Source: Pseudomonadota bacterium (GTDB taxonomy: Bacteria > Myxococcota > JACRCW01 > JAFGSX01). From it: a stretch of 64,000 nt of DNA. Below the pieces are notes generated by a model. It searched no databases. It saw only the letters and a program-made list of their open reading frames with translations, and was not told the DNA's origin. The position numbers and the translations under genes are program-made. The DNA is taken from positions 32,001 through 96,000 of the forward strand of contig JBDRCO010000068.1 of NCBI GenBank assembly GCA_043821645.1. The letters run 5' to 3'. Positions 10,101-18,473 of this stretch are shown here, one piece after another (the first letter of the stretch is position 1; each line of letters opens with the position of its first letter).

Positions 10101-12497
10101 GACCTCGGTATTGCCCGCGCAGTCGATGGCGCGCACCCGGAAGGTATAGCTCCCGTCGATGAGCCCGCTGTAAGGCCAGGGACTTGTACAGAAAGTCCAG
10201 GCACCAGGGACGGCGCCGACGTCGAGGCGACACTGGAACACCACCGAGGTCTCGGCGTTGGTGAACGCGAAGCTCGCGGTGGGGAGCAGCGAGGGGTTGC
10301 TCGGCCGGGCTGTGATGCTGGTGCCAGAGGGCGCCGTGGTGTCGGCCGCACCGCTGCTGATCGAGAAGTTGACCGTGCGCACGGTGCTGAGGTTGCCCGC
10401 GCGGTCGATCGCCACGCTCTCCATCACGTAGGCTGAGGTCCCCAGAGCCTGGGCGGGCAGCGTCTCGTAGGACCAGAAGCCACTGGCGTCCGCCGTGACC
10501 GTGGCCAGGCGCGCGTCCATGAGGCCGCCCCCGTTGAGGTCGATGGTCACCCGGGCAAAAGGCTCGGTGGTGCCCCGGAAGTTCGGCGTCGTGTCGTTGA
10601 CCGTGCTGCTGTTGACCGGGCACTGCACGACGGGGGGCGCCGGATCGGTGCGATCCACAATCCAGTCCCAGCGTGCTGGGCTCGCGTCGACGTTGCCGGC
10701 CGCATCCACGGCACGGACTTCGAAACGGTGGGCGCCTTGGCCGAGCCCGATCTCCACACGCGGGCTGGTGCACGCGCTGAAGGCTGCGCCGTCCAGGCTG
10801 CACTCGAAGGCGCTGCCAGCCTGGCTGGCAGTGAAGCCGAAGGTCGCGTCCACCGACAGCGTGAACAGCGGCGGCGTCTGGGTGAAGGTCGTGTCCGGGG
10901 CCGTGGTGTCGACCGTCCAGGTGTAGGAGGCCGGCGTCGGGTCCGTGTTACCGGCAGCGTCGGTGGCGCGCACGGAAAAACTGTGCGGGCCGTCGCCCAG
11001 GGCGCCGGTCGCCTGCGGCGAGGTGCAAGGAGCGTAGGCCGCACCGTCGAGGCTGCACGCGAAGCTGCTACCACTCTCGCTCGAGGTGAAGGTGAAGCTG
11101 GGGCTCGCCGTGCCGCTCGGGTCGCTCGGCGTTCCTGTCAACGTGGTCTCGGGCGGGGTGGTGTCACCCGCATTGGGGTCGACGGTGAAGGTGATGGGGC
11201 TGCTCACTGGCCCGAGGTTGCCTGCTGCATCCGTGGTGCGCGCCGTGACGGTGTGGGTGCCGTTGCCCAGGACCTGGCCTGACGTCAGGGTGTAGCTGAA
11301 GTTGCCCGCCGCGTCGGTGATGGCGAACCCGACCGAGCTCCCGTCGACGAAGATCTCCGCCATCGCTCCAGCCTCGCTCTCGCCGGTGTTGCCCGTGATG
11401 GTCGGTGTGGTCTCGCTGGTGCTGCTGCCGTTGGCGGGCGACAGGATGGTGGGCGCCGGGGGCGGCGTGGTGTCGACGCGCCAGGTGTAGCTGGCTGGCG
11501 TCGGGTCGACCTTTCCCGAGCTGTCCTTGGCGCGCACCAAAAAGGTGTGGCTGCCCTGGCTCAGACCGCTCAGCGCGCGAGGGCTCGTACACACGGCATA
11601 GGCCGCCGCGTCGAGCTTGCACTCGAAGGTCGCGCTGGCGTCGTTGGAATTGAACTGGAAGCTCGCGCTGGTCTGGTTCGTCAAAGTGGCCGGCTTGGCC
11701 GTGATGAAGGTATCAGGCTCGCCGCCTGTGCAGCCCGATGGATCCGTGCAAAAAACCGGATCGCCCGCGCCTCCGCTGACCGTCACGCCCGTGGTGTCAC
11801 CCGAGAGCAGCCGGCCGTTCTGCGACGAGCCGAAGAACAGGCGCAGGGGCAGGGAGGTGTTGTAGCCCATGGCGACGAGGTCGGCGATGGGGATGGCCCA
11901 GCTCAAGAAGTAGTCGGGGTTGCCGCTAAAACAGCCCGTGGAGCAGGCCTGGGTCGAGCGAAAGAACGCGGGGTAGGGGCTGACAGGGTAGATGCCGACG
12001 AACACGTCCGCATCGTCGGTGGGACTCGAGGTTCCCGAGCCCTGGGTGTTCTGCTGCAACGTCACGCGCTCGGGGTTGCCCATGCCGCCGTCGACCATGG
12101 ACAACGCATCGTAGTTGCTCAGGTCGCCGTCCCAGTCGAGCAACGCACCCCAGCCCCACTGCCCGAGCAGGCCGTTGCCGCTGGGCGCGCACACTCCAGC
12201 GGTCCGGTTGGTGCAGGGATCTCCGTCGAGGCGAATGCGCAGGAACAGGTAGGTGGCGTCGCGCGCCACGTAGGCCGCCGGCCTGGTGGCATCGCCCACC
12301 AGCTCCTGGGCGCTGTTGCCGCCCTCGACGGGGTCTGACAGCGCCACGTTGCTGGCCTCGATGGGCAGCCAGGCTGAGTCTGCCGGCCAGCTTGCCGGAG
12401 GAGGGGTCTGGGCACTGGCGGTGGAGACCAGGAGGACACCCAGCAGACCGATCGAAACGGTCAAGAACCGCACCCAGGTCTTCGCCATGCCTGTCAT
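4116..12497 (-). CDS. Giant surface protein: Ig-like domains, ~40 myxobacterial Cys-rich (DUF4215-type) repeats, TSP3-like repeat, MYXO-CTERM-like anchor
   Basis: Signal peptide; DTTPP/PASYTW Ig-like repeats; CG[DN]GxxxxGExCDDGNxxxGDGCSxxCxVEPG repeats; DGDGV..DNCP..NxDQLDSDGDGMGDACD; C-terminal GGGCSC + TM + RRRPRR. Start placed at the ATG after GAGGAAG. Confidence 0.93.
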   Translation of the reverse strand: MTGMAKTWVRFLTVSIGLLGVLLVSTASAQTPPPASWPADSAWLPIEASNVALSDPVEGGNSAQELVGDATRPAAYVARDATYLFLRIRLDGDPCTNRTAGVCAPSGNGLLGQWGWGALLDWDGDLSNYDALSMVDGGMGNPERVTLQQNTQGSGTSSPTDDADVFVGIYPVSPYPAFFRSTQACSTGCFSGNPDYFLSWAIPIADLVAMGYNTSLPLRLFFGSSQNGRLLSGDTTGVTVSGGAGDPVFCTDPSGCTGGEPDTFITAKPATLTNQTSASFQFNSNDASATFECKLDAAAYAVCTSPRALSGLSQGSHTFLVRAKDSSGKVDPTPASYTWRVDTTPPPAPTILSPANGSSTSETTPTITGNTGESEAGAMAEIFVDGSSVGFAITDAAGNFSYTLTSGQVLGNGTHTVTARTTDAAGNLGPVSSPITFTVDPNAGDTTPPETTLTGTPSDPSGTASPSFTFTSSESGSSFACSLDGAAYAPCTSPQATGALGDGPHSFSVRATDAAGNTDPTPASYTWTVDTTAPDTTFTQTPPLFTLSVDATFGFTASQAGSAFECSLDGAAFSACTSPRVEIGLGQGAHRFEVRAVDAAGNVDASPARWDWIVDRTDPAPPVVQCPVNSSTVNDTTPNFRGTTEPFARVTIDLNGGGLMDARLATVTADASGFWSYETLPAQALGTSAYVMESVAIDRAGNLSTVRTVNFSISSGAADTTAPSGTSITARPSNPSLLPTASFAFTNAETSVVFQCRLDVGAVPGAWTFCTSPWPYSGLIDGSYTFRVRAIDCAGNTEVTPATYTWTVTLPVCGDGVTEGSEFCDDGYTDACGTCNATCTGAGTGSTCGDGATCPQTESCDDGFTDACGSCNATCSGSGSGSVCGDGATCLETETCDDGYADACGTCNATCSGAGTGSTCGDSVLCPETESCDDGFADACGTCNATCTGAGSGSTCGDSVVCPEIESCDDGFADACGSCNATCSGAGAGSSCGDGATCAETEACDDSNTVDGDYCAGDCSAVTGSCGDSVVQSNETCDDGANTDGDGCSALCAEEPGWLCTGSPSVCVAEHCGDGIVAGAEACDDGNDTSGDGCSVACTVEPGWVCTGLPTSTCVFTCGNGTVDLGEACDDGNASLGDGCSPACTLESGWSCSGDPSVCVTVCGDGSVSGAEQCDDGATAAGDGCSATCAIEPGYACTGQPSVCDPVCGNGVLNPGEQCDDQNGVNGDGCSDICRVEPGYGCTGTPSDCSLTCGDGALDPGEACDDQNLLAGDGCSPSCQVEDRWVCVGAGPGTCTCLPPFTGALCDQCATGYDGPSCALESCGDGTTDSGETCDDGNLSSGDGCSALCQVEPGYVCDTVVQPSVCAATCGDGTLDTGEACDDQNLVAGDGCSATCAVEPGWVCNTSVTPSACTQTCGDGILDSGEICDDGNIDPLDGCSASCQVESGSTCDSSSPPSICAAVCGDSLKANGETCDDGNAVASDGCSASCQVEPGYVCVGTGPGSCAATCSNGALDAGEACDDGNLTMGDGCTNTCTVEPGFVCLGAPSDCQPLCGDAIVADGEACDDGNVANRDGCDSRCSVERGFTCSGTPTSTCTTTCGDGVLAGSETCDDAGTSAGDGCSDLCRVEPGYSCSGEPSACFPVCGNGVFNPGEACDDGDLDNLDGCSDTCRVEPGYSCSGVPSVCLLVCGNGGLDPGEACDDGAAISGDGCSSTCQVEPGWTCTLPAGTPSTCSCQPGFYGPYCDQCVPGNSGPSCTPQHCGDAAIDPGEGCDDGNRAHLDGCSALCQVEPGWVCSGQPSLCAQTCGNSSLDAGEGCDDGNFAPGDGCDASCQVEPGYVCDSSSLPSTCTASCGNGQLDAGEACDDQNLQAGDGCSPTCQEETGASCSGEPSFCVTTCGDGVVGFDEACDDGVTGVSDGCSDLCQVMPGYVCDNSVSPSVCVATCGNGALDAGEQCDDGNAASSDGCSAVCQREPGYFCVGAPSTCVPVCGDAILTMSEACDDGNSAAGDGCDAACLVEHGFVCTGTPSACSSSCGDGLVASSEGCDDGAVADGDGCSALCQVESGWVCSAEPSRCGTSCGDSIVAGVEACDDGNGLPDDGCSACQVDPGWQCTGTPSVCTAASCGDGLRTGAETCDDANTLTGDGCDASCQVETGYSCHGSPSLCEPACGNGVLNLGEACDDGDLDAGDGCDDLCQVEPGYVCLGAPSVCSQTCGDSTLDSGEACDDGGSTSGDGCSETCQVEPGWTCSGTPSTCLRSCGDGLLQAGEGCDDGNLAGNDGCNAACAVEPGYQCSGEPSLCVASCGNGALDAGEACDDAGLATGDGCDATCQVEPGWACSGSPSACAPSCGNGAIDAGEVCDDGDTRAGDGCSSTCQVEPGWNCAGSPSACTQQCGDGVITASEGCDDGGTVAGDGCSDLCQVEPGSVCTGQPSTCATTCGDGTLDAGEACDDGNQTADDGCSVICQIEPGFVCAGTPSTCAPVCGDSDVVDGEACDDGNARDGDGCSDRCEVEPGWVCSGTPSTCSLLCGNAALDAGEACDDGGLIVGDGCNNLCQVEPGYACIGEPSVCALTCSDGSLDAGETCDDGNLVVGDGCNATCQVESGYACSGEPSVCALTCGDGSLDAGETCDDGNLVVGDGCNATCQVETSYSCAGEPSVCTPLCGNLAIDAGEQCDDGDRSAGDGCDATCQIEPGFVCTDEPSDCVELAVVDPDGDGVYSSLDNCPGVANRDQLDSDGDGMGDACDDEPYSDVTITGGGCSCGSSGVRASSALLLALGMLYALRRRPRRT
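4545..4764. repeat. Near-identical 135-bp-period internal duplication in the giant gene
   Basis: The ~85-bp block ctcgacctggcaggtggcattgcagccgtcaccgacgaccaggttgccgtc... occurs at 4545 and 4680 with one mismatch. Confidence 0.85.
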
Positions 12498-12683
12498 TTC
12501 TTCCTCGAGTCGACGAGCCCCCGCCCGCGTGTTCAAGTCTGGCTGGCGGGGATGATATCACCTTGGTCGCTTCGGTCGATTGTCGTCCGCGAGGCCAGTG
12601 CTGGCGCGTCCTTGAGGGTCGGCCGAGCCCTGGCAGGCGTTGCCTGGCTTGACGGCCGCGCGAGCAACCGTCAAGGTGGATGC

Positions 12684-13919
12684 ATGCCCTGCATGTCCGG
12701 GAGCCTCGCCGCGGGAGCCGCGCTGGTGGTGCTGAGCGCGACGCTGTGTCGGGCCGCGAACGGTGCTGACGCCATTCCCCGTACCGCCTCACAGGTCCTG
12801 CAGAATACCCGAGGCAAGAGCGAGGCCCAGCGCAAGCGAGCGCTCGCCCGCTTCGCCCAGGACCCGAGACCCGCTCTGGAGCAGAGGCTGCGGGCCGTGG
12901 ACGGCGCCCTGCGCCTGGCCAAAAAAGGCACGCGGGACCGCATCGAATACCTGCAGCTCAAGGCCCAGCTGCTGGCGGTGGGCGCGCGCTGGTCCGCCCG
13001 CGCCAGGGTCCTGCGGCAGCTGGCCGCCGACGAGAAGAGGGCAGGGCGCGTCCGTCAGGCCGAACTGCACGCCCAGCTGGCCAGGGAGGAGTCCGTCCTG
13101 GGGCGGGTGTCCCGGCTCGTCTCTCGCATCGTGTCTGGGTCGAACATCAAACTGGCGACCCGGGATCAGACTAGCGTCGACGGAGCGAGGAACCTTGCAG
13201 CGCTGTACGACGAGCTCGGGGACAGGGTCCAGGGCGCACAGGCCCTGTGCTGGGTCGCCATCGTGCAGGACGCGACGAATGCGGCGGACGATGTGGTCGA
13301 GCCACAGCTCGGGAGCTGTGCCGAGGCCACTCGCGAGCTGCGCGATCTGGCCCAGCTGCAGCGCGAGGCCCTGCGCCGGTTATCGCAACGCGCCGTTCAG
13401 CGCGACGATTGGCATGCTGCCCTCGACCACGCCATGCGCGCCGACCGGGTGGTGGTCGTGCCCGCCACCAAGGCGGCCTTCGATGCCGTCGAGAGCTCGC
13501 CCTACCGGCGGAGCGAGACCACAGCACGGCTGTGCCACCTGGCCCGAGCCCGGGGCCTGTCCTGTGTCGAGCTCGAACGCGCTCTCGATGGGCAGCTCAC
13601 CATGCACGATTACAGCCAGCGACCTGTGATGGGCGAGCTGGAGGCGGAGGTCGCGGCCGAGGTGCTGTCCAACTACGACGCCTTGCTGCAGGACTGCGTG
13701 CAACAGGGTGCACGCTCCGGCGAGCTGCTCAAGACCCGCGTCGAGCTCGAGTGGTCGGTCGGCCTCGACGGCAGATGTCGTCTCAACGACCTGCGACCCC
13801 AGCGCCTTCGGGACACCGCCTTTGCCGCGTGCGTCAACCAGGCCCTGGGGCAGTTCCGCTACCCTCGCTATCGGGGTGAAATGCAGCATGTGTCCTTGAG
13901 CTACGAAGTGGGCGAATGA
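12684..13919 (+). CDS. Secreted helical protein with C-terminal AgmX/PglI (TonB-C-like) domain
   Basis: Signal-like N-terminus; C-terminal LLQDCV..RVELEWSVGLDG..FAACVNQALGQFRYPRYRGE pattern. Start is uncertain. Confidence 0.65.
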   Translation: MPCMSGSLAAGAALVVLSATLCRAANGADAIPRTASQVLQNTRGKSEAQRKRALARFAQDPRPALEQRLRAVDGALRLAKKGTRDRIEYLQLKAQLLAVGARWSARARVLRQLAADEKRAGRVRQAELHAQLAREESVLGRVSRLVSRIVSGSNIKLATRDQTSVDGARNLAALYDELGDRVQGAQALCWVAIVQDATNAADDVVEPQLGSCAEATRELRDLAQLQREALRRLSQRAVQRDDWHAALDHAMRADRVVVVPATKAAFDAVESSPYRRSETTARLCHLARARGLSCVELERALDGQLTMHDYSQRPVMGELEAEVAAEVLSNYDALLQDCVQQGARSGELLKTRVELEWSVGLDGRCRLNDLRPQRLRDTAFAACVNQALGQFRYPRYRGEMQHVSLSYEVGE

Positions 13920-14731
13920 CCGTGCGCATCGCGGGAGGCCATTCGCCCAGGGCCAGGACACGGGCCGGGATCGCGGCCCTGCTGTGGTGGCTGCTGCCAA
14001 GCCCTGCGGCCGCCGAGCCGCTGTTGCCGGCACCCGCCGGATCCCCAGCGATGGCTGCCAGGGCGCGCGCCAAACCAGGTGCCCGGCGCACCAAGCAGCG
14101 CCGGCGACGCCCTGCCGAGGTGACCGTGCCCATCGACGTCGGGGTGGGCCCCAACGCCATCGTGCCCAGCCCACCCGCCATGTTCGATCAGCCCGTGCAC
14201 ACCGGCATGGTGCTCTCGCTGGCGGCCGTCGTGGACCAGGCCACCATCCGCCGTTTCAAGGACCAGATCCCACCTGAACTCCGCCAGCAGGCCATGACCA
14301 TGGACGAGGTGCGCATCCGCCCCTGGTATCTGGCGCTCATCCCGGATGTTCTGATCCTGTCTCCACCGTTTTTCAATACCGGCATGTACGGGGCTGTGTG
14401 GCACCCGATAGGAATAGGACTGCCCCTGCTCAAGGACCCCGTGCGCTTCACCCTGGGCGCCGATCTGGCTCTTTGTTACCTGTTCATGCATTCGCGGACC
14501 CTGCCCCAGCCAACGCACTTCTTGCGGCCCGGACTGGGCCTGCGCGCCGTGCTGCAGATTCCGCTCAGCGACACCTTCCTGGTCAGCACCGGCTGGGCCT
14601 CCGATCTCTACCTGCCACAACCCCTGGGCCAGCCGCCCTGGGTCTTCTGGCCCCTCGATGCCTCGCTGTGGCACCTCGGCGGCCCCTTCCTCAAATTTCA
14701 TGTGCGCATCCCCTTCACGACGACGATGTGA
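13916..14731 (+). CDS. Hypothetical secreted / outer-membrane protein
   Basis: ATGA overlap with the upstream gene, a signal-like segment and a beta-strand-like aromatic C-terminus (FLKFHVRIPF). Confidence 0.7.
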   Translation: MTVRIAGGHSPRARTRAGIAALLWWLLPSPAAAEPLLPAPAGSPAMAARARAKPGARRTKQRRRRPAEVTVPIDVGVGPNAIVPSPPAMFDQPVHTGMVLSLAAVVDQATIRRFKDQIPPELRQQAMTMDEVRIRPWYLALIPDVLILSPPFFNTGMYGAVWHPIGIGLPLLKDPVRFTLGADLALCYLFMHSRTLPQPTHFLRPGLGLRAVLQIPLSDTFLVSTGWASDLYLPQPLGQPPWVFWPLDASLWHLGGPFLKFHVRIPFTTTM

Positions 14732-14813
14732 GCAGGCGCGAAATGCGCCTGACGCTGGCCCCGCTCTGACATAGAATTGGTAGCCGGATGGCCGAGCGGC
14801 TGGTGGGGCGATC

Positions 14814-15701
14814 GTGAAAGAATTCGGCATCTACCGCGTGGTCAAGCACCTGGGTGATGGGGCCATGGGCACGGTTCTCCTGGTCGAGAGCCCCGAGCGG
14901 CAGCGCTATGCCCTCAAGCTCATGCATGCCAAGGCAGAGCGCAGCGCCGAGGCTGTGGACAGGTTTTCTCGAGAAGTGCGCATCGCCCTGACGCTCAAGC
15001 ATCAAAATATCGTGGAGACCTTTCACGGCGGCCGTGCACCCACTGGGATGCTGTACCTGCTCACCGAGTACTGTCCGCTGGGGGGCCTCGACCGCTGGCT
15101 TGCAGCACAGGGGCCCATCGCTCTCCGCCACGCCCTGCGCTGGATGGGCGGAGTTGCCGAAGCCCTGGAGTATGCGGGACTGGTGCACCAGGTCGTGCAC
15201 CGCGACATCAAACCCGCCAACCTGCTGCTGGACGAGGTGCGGCAGGTCAAGCTGGCGGACATGGGACTGGCCAAGCGCACGTCCGCCGGTGCCACCAACC
15301 TGACCACGCACGGCTCCATCATCGGCGCCTTGCTGTACATGTCCCCGGAGCAGGCTGACGCCTCCCACGACCTCGACGCTCGGAGCGACCTCTATGCCCT
15401 GGGTGCGACCTTCTACCACCTGCTCTCGGGGCAGCCACCATTCATGGCCAAGCAACCCGCCCAGATCCTGTACGACATCCGTGAAAAGGAGCCCCGGCCA
15501 CTGCTCACGTTGAGGCCCGAGCTTCCCCACGCCCTTGGCGATCTGGTGCAGACCTTGCTCGCCAAGAAACGCGAGGACAGACCTGCCTCCGCCAGCGCCG
15601 TTCTCGAGACCCTGGCGGCCATCGCCGAGGAGGAGGGCGTGGCGATCGAGGTGAGCCGCGTGACCTTGCGTCCCCGAACCGCGCCCCTTCCGTTTCCCTA
15701 G
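14814..15701 (+). CDS. Ser/Thr protein kinase (stand-alone catalytic domain)
   Basis: LGDGAMGTV, ALK, HRDIKPAN, DMG, YMSPEQ, SDLYALG. Confidence 0.93.
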   Translation: MKEFGIYRVVKHLGDGAMGTVLLVESPERQRYALKLMHAKAERSAEAVDRFSREVRIALTLKHQNIVETFHGGRAPTGMLYLLTEYCPLGGLDRWLAAQGPIALRHALRWMGGVAEALEYAGLVHQVVHRDIKPANLLLDEVRQVKLADMGLAKRTSAGATNLTTHGSIIGALLYMSPEQADASHDLDARSDLYALGATFYHLLSGQPPFMAKQPAQILYDIREKEPRPLLTLRPELPHALGDLVQTLLAKKREDRPASASAVLETLAAIAEEEGVAIEVSRVTLRPRTAPLPFP

Positions 15702-15937
15702 ACAGTCGCCTGGCCTTCCACCGACCACCGTGCACACCGGGGGCGGGGACCGACCGCGATCTGGATGCGATCGATAGATGAAGGATAACAATTATTAACT
15801 GATGTGAAATACGATAACATTATATTTTTAACGATATATGTAATTAAACTATACATGAAAAACAATAAGTCATCTGCATCGTCCGTGTCGTTGCAGCAGG
15901 TGATTTTCCTCCAGACACGTCGTCACGGTCGTGTCTA

Positions 15938-17257
15938 TCAGTTCTCCAGAAGCTCGAAGAAAGCCTTGAGACGATTGCTCGCCGGCTCGTCGGCAAAGGC
16001 GCGGCTGTCGTTATGATCGGCTTCCAGCAGGAGCACTGGCACGCCGCACTGCTCGCGCAGCTTTTCTCGCTGGTCTATCTGCCCGACCGAGTAGGGCTTG
16101 CAGGACCGGTCCGAGTGCAGCACCACGCCGTCGACGGAGTAGTCGCGAACCATGGTGCTCAGGGTCTTCAGCTTGTGACCGGTGCCTCGGTTGAGGATGG
16201 GGTGCAGGTAGACCTGCGCCGCGCTCTCCAGGGGCCGTGCCGGGTCCATCATGGGTGCCAGCTCGGCCCAGGCATTGGTGTAGGTCGAGGCCACCAGGGC
16301 CATGCCGTTCTCGGCGAACAGCTCGGACAGCCAGCGCACGCGATACCACACGGGGAGGTTGTCCCACAGCAGACGATGCTTCTCGTCGCGAACCGCGCCG
16401 ATGCCCGCGGCCATGCGCTGCTTCAGCTCGGTCAGCAGGCCCCGGTAGTAGTCCACGGTGTGCTGGTCACCGCGCATCTCGACCACCGGCGCCAGGTGGA
16501 TGAACTGGTCGAAGGCCGTCATGGGCGCGGGCCTGTGCTTGCCGCAGGCCAGGATCTCCATCCACAGCAGGCAGGCGTCACGGCTCAGGCGGGACACCTT
16601 GTCCAGGGACGCGGGGCGCAGGCTCTGGCCCGCCACCCTCTCGGCCACCGCGATGGCCTCCTCGATCTGTCGCTTCACATGTTCGACCGCGTGCTCGGGA
16701 GCATCGCGATACAGGAAGGGCGTGTCGATGAGCACCAGTGGGACCTTGAAGTGGTGGGCGAGCACCCGGTACCAGCCCAGCACGGTCTGGCAGATGTTGG
16801 TGCAGCAGACCAGAAGATCGGGCCGGGGCAGCCTGCCCACCGGCGTCATGCCCGAGAGCAAGGAGCCGAAGTCGGTGCGCACGTAGGAGCACAGGTCCAT
16901 GGAGTAGCCGGCCTGCTCGGCGTGGCTCGACAGGTCGACAGCCACGCGGCGGATGCCGCACACCGCACCGTGGTTCTCCGGGTAGAGCAAGAAGTATCCC
17001 AGAGCCTTGAGAAACTCGACCGGCGCTCCCGACGTCACCCAGGCCACCTTGCGGTGAGGCTTGGCGTTCTGACCGATCAGGTAGTGGCGACTGATGAGCT
17101 CTCGCAGCCGGGCCGAACTGTGCAACGGTGGTCCCACGTGTTCGTGGTTCCAGGGTTTGTTCAGCTTCTGCTGGTCGCGCCAGCGCTGGGTGCGCAGGAC
17201 CCCTTTACCCAGCAGGTCGACCTTGGCGTGAAAGCGCAGGGCGTCAAGCATGGTCAT
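15938..17257 (-). CDS. 2-hydroxyacyl-CoA dehydratase subunit (HgdA/FldB-like)
   Basis: PENH, GYSMDLCSY, LPRPDLLVCCTNICQT, RLLWDNLPVW, HSDRSCKPYS. ATG at 17257 overlaps the upstream stop (ATGA). Confidence 0.9.
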   Translation of the reverse strand: MTMLDALRFHAKVDLLGKGVLRTQRWRDQQKLNKPWNHEHVGPPLHSSARLRELISRHYLIGQNAKPHRKVAWVTSGAPVEFLKALGYFLLYPENHGAVCGIRRVAVDLSSHAEQAGYSMDLCSYVRTDFGSLLSGMTPVGRLPRPDLLVCCTNICQTVLGWYRVLAHHFKVPLVLIDTPFLYRDAPEHAVEHVKRQIEEAIAVAERVAGQSLRPASLDKVSRLSRDACLLWMEILACGKHRPAPMTAFDQFIHLAPVVEMRGDQHTVDYYRGLLTELKQRMAAGIGAVRDEKHRLLWDNLPVWYRVRWLSELFAENGMALVASTYTNAWAELAPMMDPARPLESAAQVYLHPILNRGTGHKLKTLSTMVRDYSVDGVVLHSDRSCKPYSVGQIDQREKLREQCGVPVLLLEADHNDSRAFADEPASNRLKAFFELLEN

Positions 17258-18342
17258 GACAGCATCTCGACGAAGGCCTCGATGCGGGTGGCCACCTGCA
17301 TGGGCAGTGAGTCGTTGAGGTCGTGCTCGATGGAGAGCGTGGCCAGACCTCCGGCCTCGAGCAGGGTCTTGAGTTGTGGTTGATCGAACAGCTCGGGCTC
17401 GCAGAACTTGATGCTGTGGAAAATCACACCGCGCGCCTGGCCGCGCCGTGCCATGGCCTGCAGGGCCTCGCCGCGCTCGGCGATGGAAGCTCCCAGCATG
17501 GGATCCGGAGGTCCCCCAAGCAGGCTCTCGGCCATGCGTCGCAGGGGACGCTCCGAGCGGCCGGCCGGGTAGAGTCGTCGACCGGTGCAGGCCAGATCGT
17601 CGCCCACCACCCGCGCACCGGCCTGGCGCAGCGTCTCGAGGAGTTCGGGTGGCTCGGGCAGAATGCCAGACAGGATCACGCCCAGCCCGGGTTTTTCGCG
17701 AAGCTCTCGCAGCTCCAGGGCCCGCCGCGCGATCGGGGAAAACTGCTCCGCGGGCAGGTACTCGCGGCTCCGCACCAGCCTGTAGAACAAGGCGTCGTCG
17801 AGGCTGAGGTGCAGGCGCTCGGCGTGAAGTCGGATCAACAGCGCATCGGCCTCTTCCTCGCGTTCCTGGGCTTCTCGCAGCGACCTGTCGTCGGGCTGCT
17901 GTCCCGTGATCTCGCGCAGGCGCAGCGCCATGGCCGCGAGTTCGTTCTCGAAGAAATCCAGATCCAGCGGGCGCCGGCCCCGCGGCAAGTACAGGGGGAG
18001 CACGGGCTGGCGCGGCGCCACGAAGTCCATGAGCAGTGAACCAAGACCCTGCAAGCTGTCGCAGCAGTGCGGCACCACGATGAGTTCTGTGCCGTCGAGC
18101 TTGCCGTCGAGCACGAAGGATAAACCATTGCGGACCACGGAGCACACATAGGCCTGCAGGTGCGCGTTGCCCTTGTCGGGATCGACTTGCGGTGGTCCCC
18201 AGACCTCCACCGGCGAAAAGCCAAAGGCCCGCAACAAAGCGCGGGGATAGTGGATGGGATAGACCGCAGCCAGGCGCTGACCCTGGCCGGTCAACTCGCG
18301 CATCACCTGGGAGCGGGAGGGAATCTCGAGGGGAGGCGTCAT
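17254..18342 (-). CDS. 2-hydroxyacyl-CoA dehydratase subunit (HgdB/FldC-like)
   Basis: HLQAYVCS, PHCCDSLQG, VVGDDLACTGRR, KFCEPELFDQP, QVATRIEAFVEML. AAGGAG RBS precedes ATG 18342. Confidence 0.9.
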   Translation of the reverse strand: MTPPLEIPSRSQVMRELTGQGQRLAAVYPIHYPRALLRAFGFSPVEVWGPPQVDPDKGNAHLQAYVCSVVRNGLSFVLDGKLDGTELIVVPHCCDSLQGLGSLLMDFVAPRQPVLPLYLPRGRRPLDLDFFENELAAMALRLREITGQQPDDRSLREAQEREEEADALLIRLHAERLHLSLDDALFYRLVRSREYLPAEQFSPIARRALELRELREKPGLGVILSGILPEPPELLETLRQAGARVVGDDLACTGRRLYPAGRSERPLRRMAESLLGGPPDPMLGASIAERGEALQAMARRGQARGVIFHSIKFCEPELFDQPQLKTLLEAGGLATLSIEHDLNDSLPMQVATRIEAFVEMLS

Positions 18343-18473
18343 CGCACTCCTTGCCGAGCGCGGGTGCCCGCGCTGCGAGGGTGATCGGATCCGCTGGCTC
18401 ATCCTACGCGAATCGGCGTGCTGTGATCACGTGTCGTCGGGGCTGATGTCGGAGCGCGCGCGATGTATCCGCC

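Noticed and set aside
15913-15936. AGACACG/CGTGTCT hairpin after the dehydratase stop as a terminator
   Set aside because: No U-tract on the coding strand; support is too weak.
15804-16016. 70-aa ORF MKYDNIIFL...
   Set aside because: It arises from the AT-rich patch, has atypical codon usage and overlaps the dehydratase 3' end.
17258-18145. Apparent 735-aa dehydratase with a long N-terminal extension
   Set aside because: The extension is an off-frame overlap of the upstream subunit gene; the real ATG at 17257 is coupled to its stop.
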